DNA from: Anolis carolinensis
Lineage: Eukaryota
Direction: 5' to 3'
NCBI RefSeq assembly: GCF_035594765.1
Contig: NC_085846.1
Location: forward strand, 21,005,190 to 21,069,189
Length of the DNA: 64,000 nucleotides
The notes under the pieces were generated by a model. It made no database searches. It was given only the letters and a program-made list of their open reading frames with translations, and was not told the DNA's origin. Of this stretch, positions 13,101 to 27,700 are shown piece by piece. Position 1 is the first letter of the stretch, and each line of letters begins with the position of its first letter. A program made the translations under genes and the position numbers.

Positions 13101-16100
13101 ATGTGTTTTATCACATGAGCTGTCATATACAATGGCTCTTATATAATGAACAATAACAATTTAGGGAAAAGAAACAGTTAAGACTAAACAGAAACTCAAA
13201 AAGCAAGACATTGTAATTAAACTGTCCCTTTCAAAAACAAGGAGATTTTAATGTCTCAGTACCTATTTTCCATTATTCCCAATTGCAATTGCTAACTTTC
13301 TTCCCAACTGCTAACTTTCCTAAATTCACAGTTCAAATACTGTAATTTTTGGCATTCCAATCACAAAATGATTAAACCCAATGAATATACTCACTTCTTT
13401 TTGTTTCTTTATAGATGATGCGTTGAAATCTCTCAGCTGTCAAAAGAAAAAATCACACAATCATAAAAGACAAAATGACCTGCAATGCTTACATTATCAA
13501 ACAGTGATATTTTCTTTCTTATTCAACAGAAATGAGCAATACATAGCAATGGACAGGTTGTTTTCCTGTATCTCCTTGCCCTGGGTTATGTAAGGTTTGG
13601 GGATCTCATACAGGTATAGTGATTTAAAACGTACTGAAATCCCATTTACCAAAATGAACAAACCCTCCCCCTATAAAACAGGAAAATTGGGTTTCTGCCC
13701 AGCCTTTGACCATCATTTGTATTTTTGGACCTTCTTGGAGAAAAAAATCATGTGAGCAAAAATACACATTTTTTTCTGTACAGAAAATATATTTGCAGAA
13801 ATAAAAATGTATGCACAAAAATTTCGATTCTAGTGCAACAATGCCAATGCATTATTATCATTGTTACTGGCATCACAAACATCGAGATGAAAACTAATTG
13901 TGTTTTTAACACAGAAATTCATGCAGAAACTGCATTAAAATGGACATAAAACTGGGCAAAACATCGTACAAAAAATAGATAAATAAAAAATAAAAGAGCA
14001 CATGTAGTTTACATCTCCCTCCTCCCACCCCTTTCCTCAAAGAAATGCTTTTAAGTATAAAAAATGTATTATCCATGCTTCTGTACTCTTATATACTAAC
14101 TACCCGTATGTCTATCTGGCATCTGTCCATTTGCATTGACAATGTATCTATCATTGTCAATTTATGCATTCATAACTGCCATAGTGAATTCCAACCAATG
14201 TCTTTGGCACCTGGATCAGGAAAAAATTCATAGTGCTTAAGGTAATCTGCGAATAAATTCCTCCCATATTTGAAAAAAAATAGTTCTCCATTCTTTTCAT
14301 ATTGATTTCATGGGTGAACCGAAGATGAGATTCTTGCTTTCTGACTGAAAAAAGTAGAAGTCAAATATGTTATATTTTAGCTGTGCTACCCTGTTTCCCC
14401 TAAAATAAGACATCCCCAGAAAATAAGACCTAGTAGAGGTTTTGCTGAATTGCTAAATATAAGGCCTCTCCCGAAAGTAAGACCTAGCAAAGTTTTTGTT
14501 TGGAAGCATGCCCGCTAAACAGAACACCAGAGCATGCAGGATCGGTAAATGTACGTACCAGAGTTTTGTACATGGTAGTAACAAGAAATTCTTGATAGGA
14601 TTCACAGTTTGTCTGGTTATGCTGGTTTGTGATAACAACTAATGTACAGTATACAATAAATGTTCATTTTTTTTGTTCAACAATAAATGTGAATTCTTCT
14701 TCATGGAAAAATAAGACATACCCTGAAAATAAGACCTAGAGCATCTTTGGAGCATCTTTCACTCACAGACAGAAAATCTTATAGGCTCATCTTCTACTTT
14801 GCTCAGCATACTGTAAGAATTACACTGGAACATCACTTTGGCTCCCCACTTAACTGGATAGAGAGCGATACTATCTTTCAGTGGTTTTCAACCTGTGGGT
14901 GTTTTGGCCTACAACCAGGTGTTTTGGCCTACAGCTCCCAGAAATCCCAGCCAGTTTACCATCTGTTCGGATTTCTGGGAGTTGAAGGGGACCCACAGGT
15001 TGAGAACCACTGCCCTAAGATCTGTCAGGGACCTGGTGAGTGATGTTATCAGGTGAAAAAGAACACCAACACTTGCATGTGTCACTAATAGAATGCCAGG
15101 CATTCTCTGTTACATTGATGACTGGACACAGTGCTGATCCCACATCACCATAACCTCCTTATTAGATATTTTTAAAAATCTTTAATGCACTCCACCATTA
15201 TATTCCTTTCCAACCCTATACTCACAGAATTCTGGTATCAAGTATGAATAATGAACAAGAGTCATTGATCTGTAGGAGTAGAGTGGGAGAATTGAAGATT
15301 CATTCTAAAACTGCTACTTGCCTTCTAGAAGCTTAATCAACTTTCTAATGTGTTCATCATAGTCTTCATGGGAGTTCTCTTCTATGGCATGCGCCAGGTG
15401 ATTAATTACATTTGAAACTGAATGACAGTCACATCCAGAACCTTTGAAGACAAAAAGAGAAAGAGGATCAAATTAGTTATTATATGATATATTGCAAAAT
15501 TTTGAGGTCCTTTTTTTCTCCTGGCATCCACATCCTCCATTTCACTAAACACACATTATGGATTGTCTCTGGTTTCTTGCCTATGTGGGAAGTGAGAAAA
15601 ACCCCTTGCTCCCAGTATGATACCCAGCTAGTGGAATTCTGCTTGTTGTCTCATAATTAAGAAAGTAAAGGCAGTGGTCCCATTCTGCCACCAGAACAGT
15701 TTATGGAAGAAAAGAACCATTCCCTACCCCACCCCCACCCCACCCCCACACACACATAATTAAACTGCTGTGGTGAAAGTGGGACATCCTATAGATGAAT
15801 ATCCCACCTTATGCTATCATGCTAGGTGATATTCTAATCATTTCATTCCAAATGCCTGACCTACCCACATTTATCACTGCCTTATGGATCAACGCTTTCT
15901 TTACTCACCTTGTGATTCTTCTACTTCTACATCCTTTTCCATTTCTTCCGCTTCTTCTCCCTCTAATTCTTCATATGCAAAAGCAAAAATTTGAATCTCA
16001 AATTATGAAAATGTTTAACCTTAATTGCATTTTATATCCTAACCATCTTTGGCCATTTTGGATAAAATCTCTGACATATATGCGTTCTGCTCTTTATCAC

Positions 16101-19100
16101 CTTTGGCAGCCTCTATTCTGCCAAAATATATATCCATGATCCTTCCTTCCTCATCATCATCTAGAAAAGATGTCAATGGTGGCAGTAGTGTGTGATTGCA
16201 TTACAGATGCCTGGATTGAAAGCTGTTTTCCAAATGTCATGCAAAATAAACATTGGCGATCTCCTCCTCTCTTGAAAAAATGAAGACTGGGATTCTTATT
16301 TAATTGTTTTACTTTAATATTTTCATCTATTTATATGTATTTGTATTTAAGAAAATGATGGCACTGTAGGCAAAGCATCTACATCTTAGTCCAAGTTACT
16401 AAAAACTTCTCCTTTTAATGTTTCTTGGGAATCTGCATAAAACTGCCTATAATTGCACACACAGTAGGAGTGTTTATAGATCCCATAGAGAAAGTCTACT
16501 CGTTCTCTGATTCCCCACCTAAATCCTATGGTGTTGCTCATTTCAGCCTGTAAACTTCTCTGCTCTGCTGCCCATATCCCAAGCCCTCATCTGCCACCAC
16601 TTGGAAACTCAGCCTGGGCCTCCAGGCTCTGGCTACAACCAATATATTATCCATGCCTCTATACTTATTTATATTATCTATCTGTTTATCTCTGTCTCCT
16701 GTCAATTTCCTCTGACCATATCTATATTGTTCTCCCATACAACTCTTCAGATATATAATTGGTGGTTGGGTTAGACCAAACTGAGCATAAAAGCTGGCCT
16801 TTCCATCAAGATACCCCAGTAAAACCTAATTCGGGTATACATGTGTAATGGTCTTAGCTTCCTCAGATGTTCTCCTTATGTCTGGGGAAAAATCCTGCTT
16901 CAGCCGTCCATAATGCAGTATCAAGGTTTCCGTGGATATCTGTTTTAGAATAGTTTCTGTTTAGGTGATGCACTTTAAGTTTATGGGATTTGTTCCATTT
17001 TTCACTAGATCCACCAACTGAAACAGTATGCAACATTGTGGTTTTGTATAATATTGTATATACTCAGGAATAAATTGATAGTTTTGGGTGCCAAAACTAT
17101 GGATTTTTATTTGACCCCTGGAAAGGTCAAGGAGAATTTTCACACTTTTTTTCCTTACACAGTATTTTATAAGCAAAAAAACCAACATTTCTGCACAGAA
17201 ATATTACTTTTCTTCATAGAAAGCATTTTTATGCAGAAAATACCACTTGCAATTTTTTGTGCAGATGCTGTCTCAAATTGTGAGTGGTTTTCCAAAGTTG
17301 TGCAGTTTTCAATGTTTTTTCTTGGAGTGGGAATAACGCTAAAGAGAACATTAGCTTACTCCATAATTATATATATATTATAAACAAATTTCTCCTATAC
17401 TCAGGTTAGTTTTGAAGTACCTAATTTAGGAGAGAAATATGTCTTTTTGTTGCCACAGTATGGACTGCGAAACCTTTTCTGATCTACAACAAATTACTTG
17501 AAAATCTTTATCCTTCACATCACCCAGTAAATTTCAAACTACTTTCTACCCACTCTCGTAACAGCATGGGTCGATTAAGAGGACTGCAGTGTTTCCATTC
17601 CTCTATCTCTGTCCATAGCTTATCTTGCAGCCTATCAAAACATCTTTGATAACAAAATGTTTTCCTACCTCAAATATTGACTGAAGCTACATCCTTTCAA
17701 ACTGACCTCCCTCACCTTTGACCTCCCCACTATGATATCGCCACACAATTTTGCAAATTCTTAAATAGTAAAGGCCTCTCTCTTTCTCTCTGCAGAAATT
17801 TCAAGGAATTTTGATCACTTACCCAAATTTTTAATTTCAAAAATCAGATGTTTAATATAATCTGAAAATAAAATTAGTACAAACATTTTATTTTGTAAAT
17901 AATGTTAGTATTATAACAGAAAAATATAGTGCCATAACTGAGGAGAGTTAAATTGAATTTGATGTAGTAGGTTCAATGCTGCTACCTAATTTTTTAATTA
18001 GAGATAGAAAAGTTTGATTCTTATTCAAGTCATTTCCTTCAAGGAAATATGCAAGGAGTGGGTAAATGCACTGTTTTCCTTCCCAGAAATATTGGGATAT
18101 TCTCCTCAAAAAGGTAGACTGATGAGGAGGAAAAGCCCTAGCCCAATGACAAAATACAATTAAATTTTCTCTTTTTTGCTCACAATTCAAGTAGATTTTT
18201 GTTCATGGAATGAACATTTTAAATGGCAAATGGTGTACTACAATGCAAAAAGCAATGTAACAGAAGGCTTAGTTTGTAGATCTGCTTCTGTGTTCTTTCT
18301 TTAAAAATAGTGATTCTACAGGACAGAAATGCACCATTGTATGTTTTCTGGGTTAAACTATCCATTTGTGCCAAAAAAAATCTTGTGAATGGGTGTAGGA
18401 GGGAATAAACATTTATATACATTTATTCACATTTCTATTCCATCCTTGCTATGAGAGAATCAGAGCAGCTAACATGAAATTACCGATTGTGGTAGTGATC
18501 GGATGGAGACCCCCACATTTTAAAGGTGAATGATATCCTCTGTAGAGAAGTTGTGCCACAACAGTGGATCCCACATCTCAGAAACTTTTGAAACATTTTT
18601 CTTCCCTATGATTCTCCCTGTTTCTCCATAAATATGATGGGATGTTTTAGGGAGCAATTTGAGAGCAATTCTGTATGCACTCTTCAATCTATGGTTTAAT
18701 TCTCTCACTCTCTTTATCTCTCCCTCTGCATTTAGAAATATTAAATATTACATACCTTCTATATCTTTGAGATTTGCAATGCCACTTCCCCACAAACCTG
18801 AAAGAAAAGAATAAACAGATTTTTCAGGGAAATTAATGTAGTTCGCAAGAAAGTATTGTTTCTACAGGAAAACAATGTTTCATGCAACAATTGACTATTG
18901 CAGTTATTTCTCAAGAATTTAAAAATTACAGAACAAATATCAAAGACAAAGAAACATGAGAGTTTCCTGGAACGAAAATAGAACAATGGGAACCAAAGTT
19001 AACAAATAAACACTTGGATTTAATTAAATGGCATTCTGCAGTTGAGAAAAAAGTGGCCAGGTGAACTTTCTTAATCTGCCCAATTCATACATAAAAATGT

Positions 19101-21743
19101 ACATAACTTAAAAGATTGAGAAAACTAAATGAAGCAGACAGATTTTGGGAAGCAAAATATTTCTCATGTTCAGCTAAAAAACGGTGAAGTAAGTTAACCA
19201 CCACAATCTGTTACTGGAACTAAGAAATTTTTTTTCGTGTCAGGAGCAACCTGAGTCACTTCTGGTGTGAGAGAATTGGCTGTCTGCAAGGATGTTGCCC
19301 AGGGGACGCCCGGATGTTTTGATATTTTACCATCCTTGTGGGAGGCTTCTCTCATGTCCCCGCATGGAGCTGGAGCTGATAGAGGGAGCTCATCCATGCT
19401 CTCCCCAGGTGGGATTCGAACCTGGCAGCCTTCAGGTCATCAACCCAACCTTCAAGTTACAAGGCTTTAATCCTCTACGCCACTGGAGGCTCCTAACTAA
19501 GAATTCACTAGCCTGAATCGTATTGGTTAGTCCACAATGAAATAAATGTATTGAATTAACATGTGTGTAAATCATATTTATTCAATGTGTCTAGTTTAAT
19601 GGGACAAAAATAGAATTCATGCCATAATGATTAAGTAATGGATTTGATCCAGTCAGAGAGCTATTATAGTCATAATAGGAAGGTTACTTCTCATAAACAA
19701 GAATGCATACTTTTACCAATTATTCCTTCACTACAAGAAAATTCAAAAATTGTGCAGTTTTCAAAGACTATTTGCAGTTTGGAATTATTCTGTGCAAGAC
19801 TACATACATCAGAATAGGGAGGGTTGCATCCACTTAATTTTGTTATGAATTCATGTAGAGTTTAACTCCCATTAAATCTATTAAAGAACCTATTATAAAA
19901 CTACCTCTCAAATAGGAAACGTTTTTTTCCGCCTTAATTTCCTTCAGCTTGCCATTCTCAAATACACTTCCAAACAACCTCATATCCACAAATGCTCCAG
20001 GATGAATGTATCCCGCTTCATCAGGAGTAAATTCAAACCATAGATCTTTATAGGAAAAAAGGAAGAGAAAGAAGACATAAATATTATCGGGAGTTGTTGG
20101 AAACTTGCTTTCACTGCATTCGTGTGCTGTCTCAGGACTGAGCATGTAGCCGGGGGGGGGGGGGGGGGCTTGAGGGGTTTCAGCCCCCCCCCCCCCTAAA
20201 TTCTCAGGGTGGTTTGCGAGAAGGCCTTACATTTTATTCATATCATAATCTGATCACCATGCTCAATATATACCATATGCATGGGGGTATTGGGATAACA
20301 ATACAAAAGGTTTGCTAGGGTAGACCCTCTCCCGCTCAGACTCCCCCCCCCCCCCAAAACCAAAATCCCACCCCTCCTGAAACAAAATCCTGGCTATGGG
20401 CCTGAGTGTTATCTAATCTTAATATTACACAATTTCAATGAATGTCTAAGGTTTTGGGGGGGGGGGTATCTGAACCATTCTTCACATAGTAAATCAAAAA
20501 TGGGGATACACCTGCTATTGTTAGACAGCTAAAATAACCATGTGACCATGTCACAGAACAGATACATCGCACAATTAACAATGTGGGACCTGTCTCGGTT
20601 TTTACCAGAGGCATCCAACCGATGTCTCTGATAAAAATAAATTAATTTGGAATAAACCAAGGCTTATTTCAAATTAATCAAATATCTCAGATCCAAGCCC
20701 TCATGAAAGGCCTGGGTCTAATAAGGTATTGGGCTTCCATAGTCCTGGGGTGAGTCCAACCCCCTCCCTCCAGCCCACAATTTCTCCCCTAAAAGGTCAC
20801 TGGTTGCCATAAAGTCTCTCTTTGCATCCTCCTAGAATGAGAAAATGACGCATGAGGAGATGGGAGGGGGACAAGGAGGGATTTTTCTCCTCACCCCTCC
20901 TGTCTCCTCAGGCATTATTTTCTTTCACTAGAAGACATGAGAGCATTTATAGAGGCCAGGTACCTTTTAAAGTAAGTTTTAGAAGAGAATGGGGAGCTTT
21001 GGGGTGGCTTCAAGCCATCCTGATTTCAACCAGGATAGCATATAGCCGCCACCAGTATCCCACACCATCCCCAGGAAATCCCACAGTTTGGGTGGGTGGG
21101 TGGAGACTAGAACCTGTGCTGAAGTTGGTTATTTTAACCCATTTCAGCACGGGTTTTGCCCATGTGTGGAAAGGCCCTCAGCAAGAGGACAAAGATCTAT
21201 AGATATGACTCAGACATAGTTAAATACTATAATGTCCTATAGATCTCAACTGGGAAGTTCTGCATTATAAGAAACAGTCATATATAGGCATAACATTTAC
21301 CTGGACAAGTTTTAGAATTATTAGCTAATTTGTTTGAATCTATTGCTGCATAGATGGGGTAAGGCACTTTCCCATTAGACGAAACACTCCTTTCTTCAGA
21401 AAAATAATGCTCATCCAGCTATAGAGAGGAAAACTCATTAGCAATCAGAAATTATAAGATGTTCATCTCAAAATGCTAGCTCTAGGAAAATATTCTACAA
21501 CAAAAACATGAGAGTGACAGAGAATTAATTTTCAATAAAAATGGATGATGAAGATATTTAAAAAGTAAAAGATTTTCTATATCTTGACTCAATCATTGAT
21601 CAGAATGGAGGCTGTTGGCAAGAAATTAGAAGAAGGCAAAAACCAGGAAAGGTTGGCATGAAAGAACTAAATAAGATCACATTATACCGCAGATCTATTT
21701 GGAACATCTAAATTACTTTATCCAATGACTGTATTGTTTTTGA

Positions 21744-21783
<40 letters not shown>

Positions 21784-24700
21784 TATTTTGTGGGACTGGA
21801 ATAAAAGTATTAAAAATAGGATTTTAATACTCACCTCGTGTACCAATGCATTCACAATAACATTACCCCAAAAATCAGTCAAGGAGTATGTATCATCTTT
21901 ACTTGGTTCTACCAGAGCATCAAAAGCTTTCTTGGCACTCCAGGATGAGTTTGTAAGTTGTTCATACAACATCATTTCCAAATTGGGAAACTGTGTCACC
22001 CACTCCTCATGCTCATAGATATATGACATACACCTTGAAAAATACAAAATCCAACAAACAGATATTAGGAACAAATCTTTTTAAAAAATAACACTGTACA
22101 GTTTCCAAACACAAGGTTGAATTAATGATGCCTAAGGAATGGGATCTTTACAGATTATTATGCAAAAGCCCCACTTTCTACTCGTCCAACTTATGTACGA
22201 AAATGAAGGAGAATACAGAGAAGGTTTGACCCCTGAGGTTTTGTTGAGAAAAACTCACAATCCTTTGTCATTGAAAAATGCACAATTGCCTTGCAGTGAA
22301 AACCTATATATGCTTTCTCAATAGTGTTCTGCATTTAAATATAATGTAATTTATTCATACAAGATGCCACAAATCCTACCTTTGGGAGGAAAGATGGAAT
22401 ATAAATAAAGTGATTGATGGATGGATTGATCAATAGATTTTAGCCTGATGCATTAAACAAATTACACAAAGATAAATGCAAGGGCTGAATTCTAAAAATC
22501 CATGCATCTCTGGTTATTAAAAATGACTTCCATGCAAATGGGAAGTATCCCTGCTGTCGAAAAATAATGAGATATCCCTAAATTTTAAGAAAATAGGAGC
22601 AAACAAGGCAAATTCAGCTTGCATTCCATGGGTATGTTAAGGTGAGTGTTTGCATCTGTGTCCGTCCACAGATGCAAACCTTTCAGCCATGCACCTTCTC
22701 CCTTTCAAGGAACATTGCCAGAAAAAATAAGTTGTAAGTGAGTGCAGATCTCAATGCATATTCCTCAGCATCATTGACAACCTAAGCTAGATTTACCACT
22801 TCATCAGACTGGCAAAATTGCCCCGTCATACGATGCTCCCTCTTCACTTTTGCTATGGAGCCTACTGGCTCCCATACCATGATGTAGAGTTACTTTTGGT
22901 GGAGCTCCATGGTAAAGGTGGCAACAAAGGAGGCTTCCCTGTATTGCATAGCCAACAACAGGGAGAAGCTCAGCATTGGATACTTTCCCCCCCCCCATGG
23001 GATTGGGTAAGGGGGAAGCCAGGTGGTGCAGGGTGTGGGGCAACGGGTTCCTACCGCCAGGCCCCACTGGATTCACCACAATTTGTGGCAAATCCTTTCG
23101 CTGATGTGATGAGGTCCCTATATTCATAATAGGTATATCTATCTACACTGACTACTTAGATCAGTGAAGAGCCACATCTGCTCTGTGGTGGCCAAATGCT
23201 GCATGGAGTTGATCTGGGACAATACAGGGCAAGGCCACATCAACACAACCTTGCCCTGAGCTAACCACAGTCAGGGGATAATCTGAATTCGGTCAATATA
23301 GATCTGCACAATGAGAGCTAGAATTTTGTTTTCAGAAATGCATTGGCATCGAAAGAGACAATGTAATCAAATCATTGCCTTCTCGTTCAGCTTATAGTAC
23401 TTCTTTATGTGCTGATTTCAATCGTACATAAAAACAGCTCACTTCCACTTACCAGGTAGAGCCAGATACTCCACAGAGATACATGATAGCATCCAATAAG
23501 CCTTGCTTCTGGAGTTCTGCCAGAACACCCTGAAGTGCAATCATGGCTCTCAGACCTCCACCTGAACCTAATATAGCAATATTGGGGACATTGCTCTGTT
23601 GGAGGGGGGAAGAAATATAAACAATGATTACAGGTTGAGCATTCCTTACCCAGAAATCAAAATTATTCCAAAATTGTCAACATGGATAGCTAAGATAGTG
23701 ACATCTTTACTTTCTGATAGTTTAAGGTGCATAAACTTTGCTTCATGCAAGAAATTATAAAAAAATATTAATATATAAAGTTACATGCAGGTTATTATGT
23801 AGAATTGTATAAAAAACATAAATGAATTTCATCTTTAGACTTGGGTCCCATCTCCACACCTACCATTTTAAAAAAACCCCAAAGCATGGAAGACTTCTGT
23901 TCCCAAGAGTTTCAGATAAGGAATGCTCAACCTGTATTATTACAAGATGTATACATAATATAGTATATTCTTTCAACATCATACTGTTACAGGTACAATG
24001 AAGAACTTAAAAGTCAAGACATTGCCTCTAGATTTTGTAGGTTCTGAAACTATACTGCTAGAGGATTGTAATTACCCTATCTATAAATATTCTATATATT
24101 GTTTTACCACTAAAACACAACAATATGCACAATTATGCCAAACAAATACATTAATTTAAGATTGTCATAAGGTAAAGGTAAAGGTTTTCCCTAACATTAA
24201 GCCCAGTCATGTCCGAATCTGGGGGTTAGTGCTCATCTCCATTTCTAAGCTGACGAGCCAGCATTGTCCATAGACACCTCCAAAGTCATGTAGCCAGCAT
24301 GACTGCATTGAGCACTGTTACCTTTCCGCTGGAGCGGTACCTATTGATCTACTCACATTTGCATGCTTTCGAATTGTTAGGTTAGCAGAAGCTGGAGCTA
24401 ACAGCGGGTGCTCATTCCACTCCCGGGATTTGAACCTGGGACCTTTCTGTCTGCAAGTTCAGCAGCTCAGCGCTTTAACAAACTGCGCCACCGGGGGCTC
24501 CAAGATTGTCATGTTTGTCTTAAATATACATTTAAGACTTCATTCATTAGGCACATGTAGATTCTTTTATAATCAATATGAAATGTTAGATATAACTGAA
24601 GTAAACCTATTGATGTTTTAAAAAGCTTAGTTTGAATTAATTTAGATCTAATTTGCTAAGTTTCAGTATTTGAGTTTCTTTAGGGACTGCCTTGGAATTG

Positions 24701-27700
24701 AACGTTCAATTACATTGACAATACCAGATTATTTAGCATAGCACATTGTTTGATCTAATACAGAGGTCATAGGGGTTTTTTTTTTACCATAGTGCAATTT
24801 ATCCCAAACTTCTGAAGACAATTGTACACTTCAGTTTTTCTTCTACCAATTGTTGCTTTTTCTTCATCTGATATATCTTTAGAAATCCGGCATGTATCAC
24901 TAGTTGACAAAGGAGTGAAAAAATATTAGCACCATCAGGAATGACTCTTTATTATCATCTGGCTGGAGTTTCCATTCTAGTCATCTGTTATGCCAGTGGA
25001 TAGCTCACTTGAAAAATTCAAGTATTGTGCAAGCCCAGAATGAAAACAATGACAATACATTTCTGTTATTGCAATGTGTCTTCAATTCAACTTTTGCTCA
25101 TGACGACTGCATCATAAAAAATTTATGGCATAGGCTACCATCTCTGGTCTCAAATTTTTTTGTTACAATCATATTGAAAAAAATTACATTTTTAGTCAAT
25201 ATCAAATATACAGTACATTGGTATGATTGCTTCCCCTCCTCCCCCTCCCAAAATCTACTACTGTATGTATACATAAATACATGCACTTCTGAACATTGTC
25301 TACAACCATTGTTCCCCATTATACTATTCTCCCCTTTCACCTTTCCCATTGCAGTGACCTCCCGTCCTTTGGGCTGAAGACATTCAGATACAACCTTGCC
25401 CTTCCTTCCCAATAAAACATTTACCAATTCTTCTCTCTAGCAAAAAAATCATCAGCTAAAAATTATAAGCAAAAATTCTGGAGCCTATTCTAAAATGTTT
25501 CCCCTTCTTCCCACAAAGTTAAAAGATAGTTCTCATTCCTTAAGAAAGTTCTTCTCTATTTCCTCCCTATTCATCATAGCAAATTTATCCACATCCCTCA
25601 TTCCAATAACTTTCACTATCCATTTTCCTCTTTAACTTTTCTTTTTTTCTCTCTCCTTTCACCCTGTCCTTTTGTAGTGGGCTTCCATTTCTGAATGGGC
25701 ATTCAATCATGGTCTAGATTCCTAGTCTAACAATCAAAGGATTTCACTACATGGGCAATAAAATTATTAGGGAGAGAAGAAGAGTCACAGAAACTAATTT
25801 GTGTAATTTTATTGCATTTTATTGCACTTTAGAAATTGGATACTAAGGACCTAAACACATTGAGCTTTTTCCCTGTCGTAGAACATTTCATCTACATTTA
25901 AAGGATGAAGAGGCATGAAGCCCATCACATGACGTCTGTTTGCTTACTTCCGTCCGTCATACGTTCCCCTTCATCCTCAAAATATAGATGAATCATACTG
26001 AAAGGAGAAGCTCAGATGAGCGAGTAGGGGGAACTTCATCCTCGAAATATAGATGAATCGCACTGAAAGGAGGGGTTCAGATGAGCCCCTGGCACATGCC
26101 AGAATCATCGCTAACTCCAAAAAACACATGTGATGGGATCTGACAGATTCACCGTGTTGAATCATTTCAATGATGTGGAGGAATGGATGTTCCTCACAAT
26201 TTTGCTTTCACTGTGTTTTCTCCTTAATAGTAATCTAGACTCTTGCTAGCTTTTAAGTTTTCCGTAGTTGACGTTTTCCCTGACAATTCTCCATGTGATG
26301 ATTTGAACCGTGTGCAACAACAGGGGAAAACTGGGGAAAACTGAAGAGGGAAACATGTGTGATGGGAAGACAGAATTTGAAATGGGATGATTGGGGATCA
26401 AAAGGTACGATTGGCTTCTCATGGTCCATGTGATGAGGTCACAAGTTAATCCATCAAATTTCTGTTCCTGCTTAAGTGCTAGAACTGAACTAACCACAAT
26501 GAAGGTGGAAGAATAGTGGTTTGTAAACAAAACAAATGAAACAGTTCAGTTCAAGAGCAAGCAAGATAAGTGAGAAAGATCAATGGTACAAATGCATAGT
26601 AACAAAAGCACTAACTGCACTAAGCTCTTTTCCTATATTCTGAGGCTATCCAAAGAAAAATTCCAACTTTAGTGCAAATAATCTCCCTACAGAGAATAGT
26701 TAAGTTAGTTCTTGCTTTGCTCAATGACAGCCCTCGGTTTCTGGTTTTGCAAGAAATCTGGTAATTATTAGTTAGCAAACACCATTTGGAAAAAGGGCAC
26801 TTTTGTTTAGAACAGATACACACAACCTCTGCCCTTTAGAGATTAATGAAAGCTAACTGTTATATTTAATAGCTCACAAAAATAAGTGTCTTGGTTTCCT
26901 GTCTGGTCCCTTTAAACAAGGAATGTTGTTAATCACCTCAACAATAAAACACTTGCATCTAATGAGCTTTATTGGATTTAGCAAGTCTGCTATCATGCAT
27001 AAGGCAAACAAGATTACTATTCACTTAAAAATACTGAGTGCAACTACAACAGCGTAGAATTAATGCAGATTGATACCACTTTAACTGTGATAACTCAATG
27101 TTATAGTCTTGAAAGTTGTAGTTTGGTGAGACTCTAGCACTCTGGCAAAGACTTTGTAAAATGACAACTCTCATGATTCCATCGCATTGAGCCATGTCAG
27201 TTAAAGTGGTGCCACACTGCACTCATTCTACAGTGTAAATGCACCCAATGAAATTATTTGCAACACACTGATTGTATGGAAGGATAATTTTCAGATTCTT
27301 ATCCCCACTATTATTTCACAAAATATCCTTTCAGTCACTACCTGCTAGATTCAAAAGGTCCTGTTAGAACTTCTTAGCAAGATACCTTTATATACTTTAT
27401 AGATATTAAAATGTCTATAATTAACACATGTAGATGATATGGAATTCTAGGAGCAAAGTAAAGACTATTTTCCCCTGATTTCCTCATATATAAAAACTGA
27501 GCATTTGGAGGAATCATACTTGGGGACAAGTCAATGTCCCAGCTTAATAGGTTTACTAGAAGTGGTATAAAGATTAGCATTAGTATAGCCTGCAATGAAT
27601 GGCTTGCCTTTCAGTATCCAAGTTAATTCAATTGGGATGGGAAATGTATAGTGAGCCCAAACTAGAACAGGTGTCAGCCCACACTGCATTTGGCAACTGT

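Noticed and set aside
19228-19493. tRNA genes (B-box motifs here and at about 24430, 50140, 59435)
   Set aside because: They are SINE heads with tails and, for most, TSDs; no full cloverleaf
25974-26087. Spaced direct repeats as a CRISPR-like array
   Set aside because: Only two units, inside a DNA-transposon relic in a vertebrate genome; no cas genes
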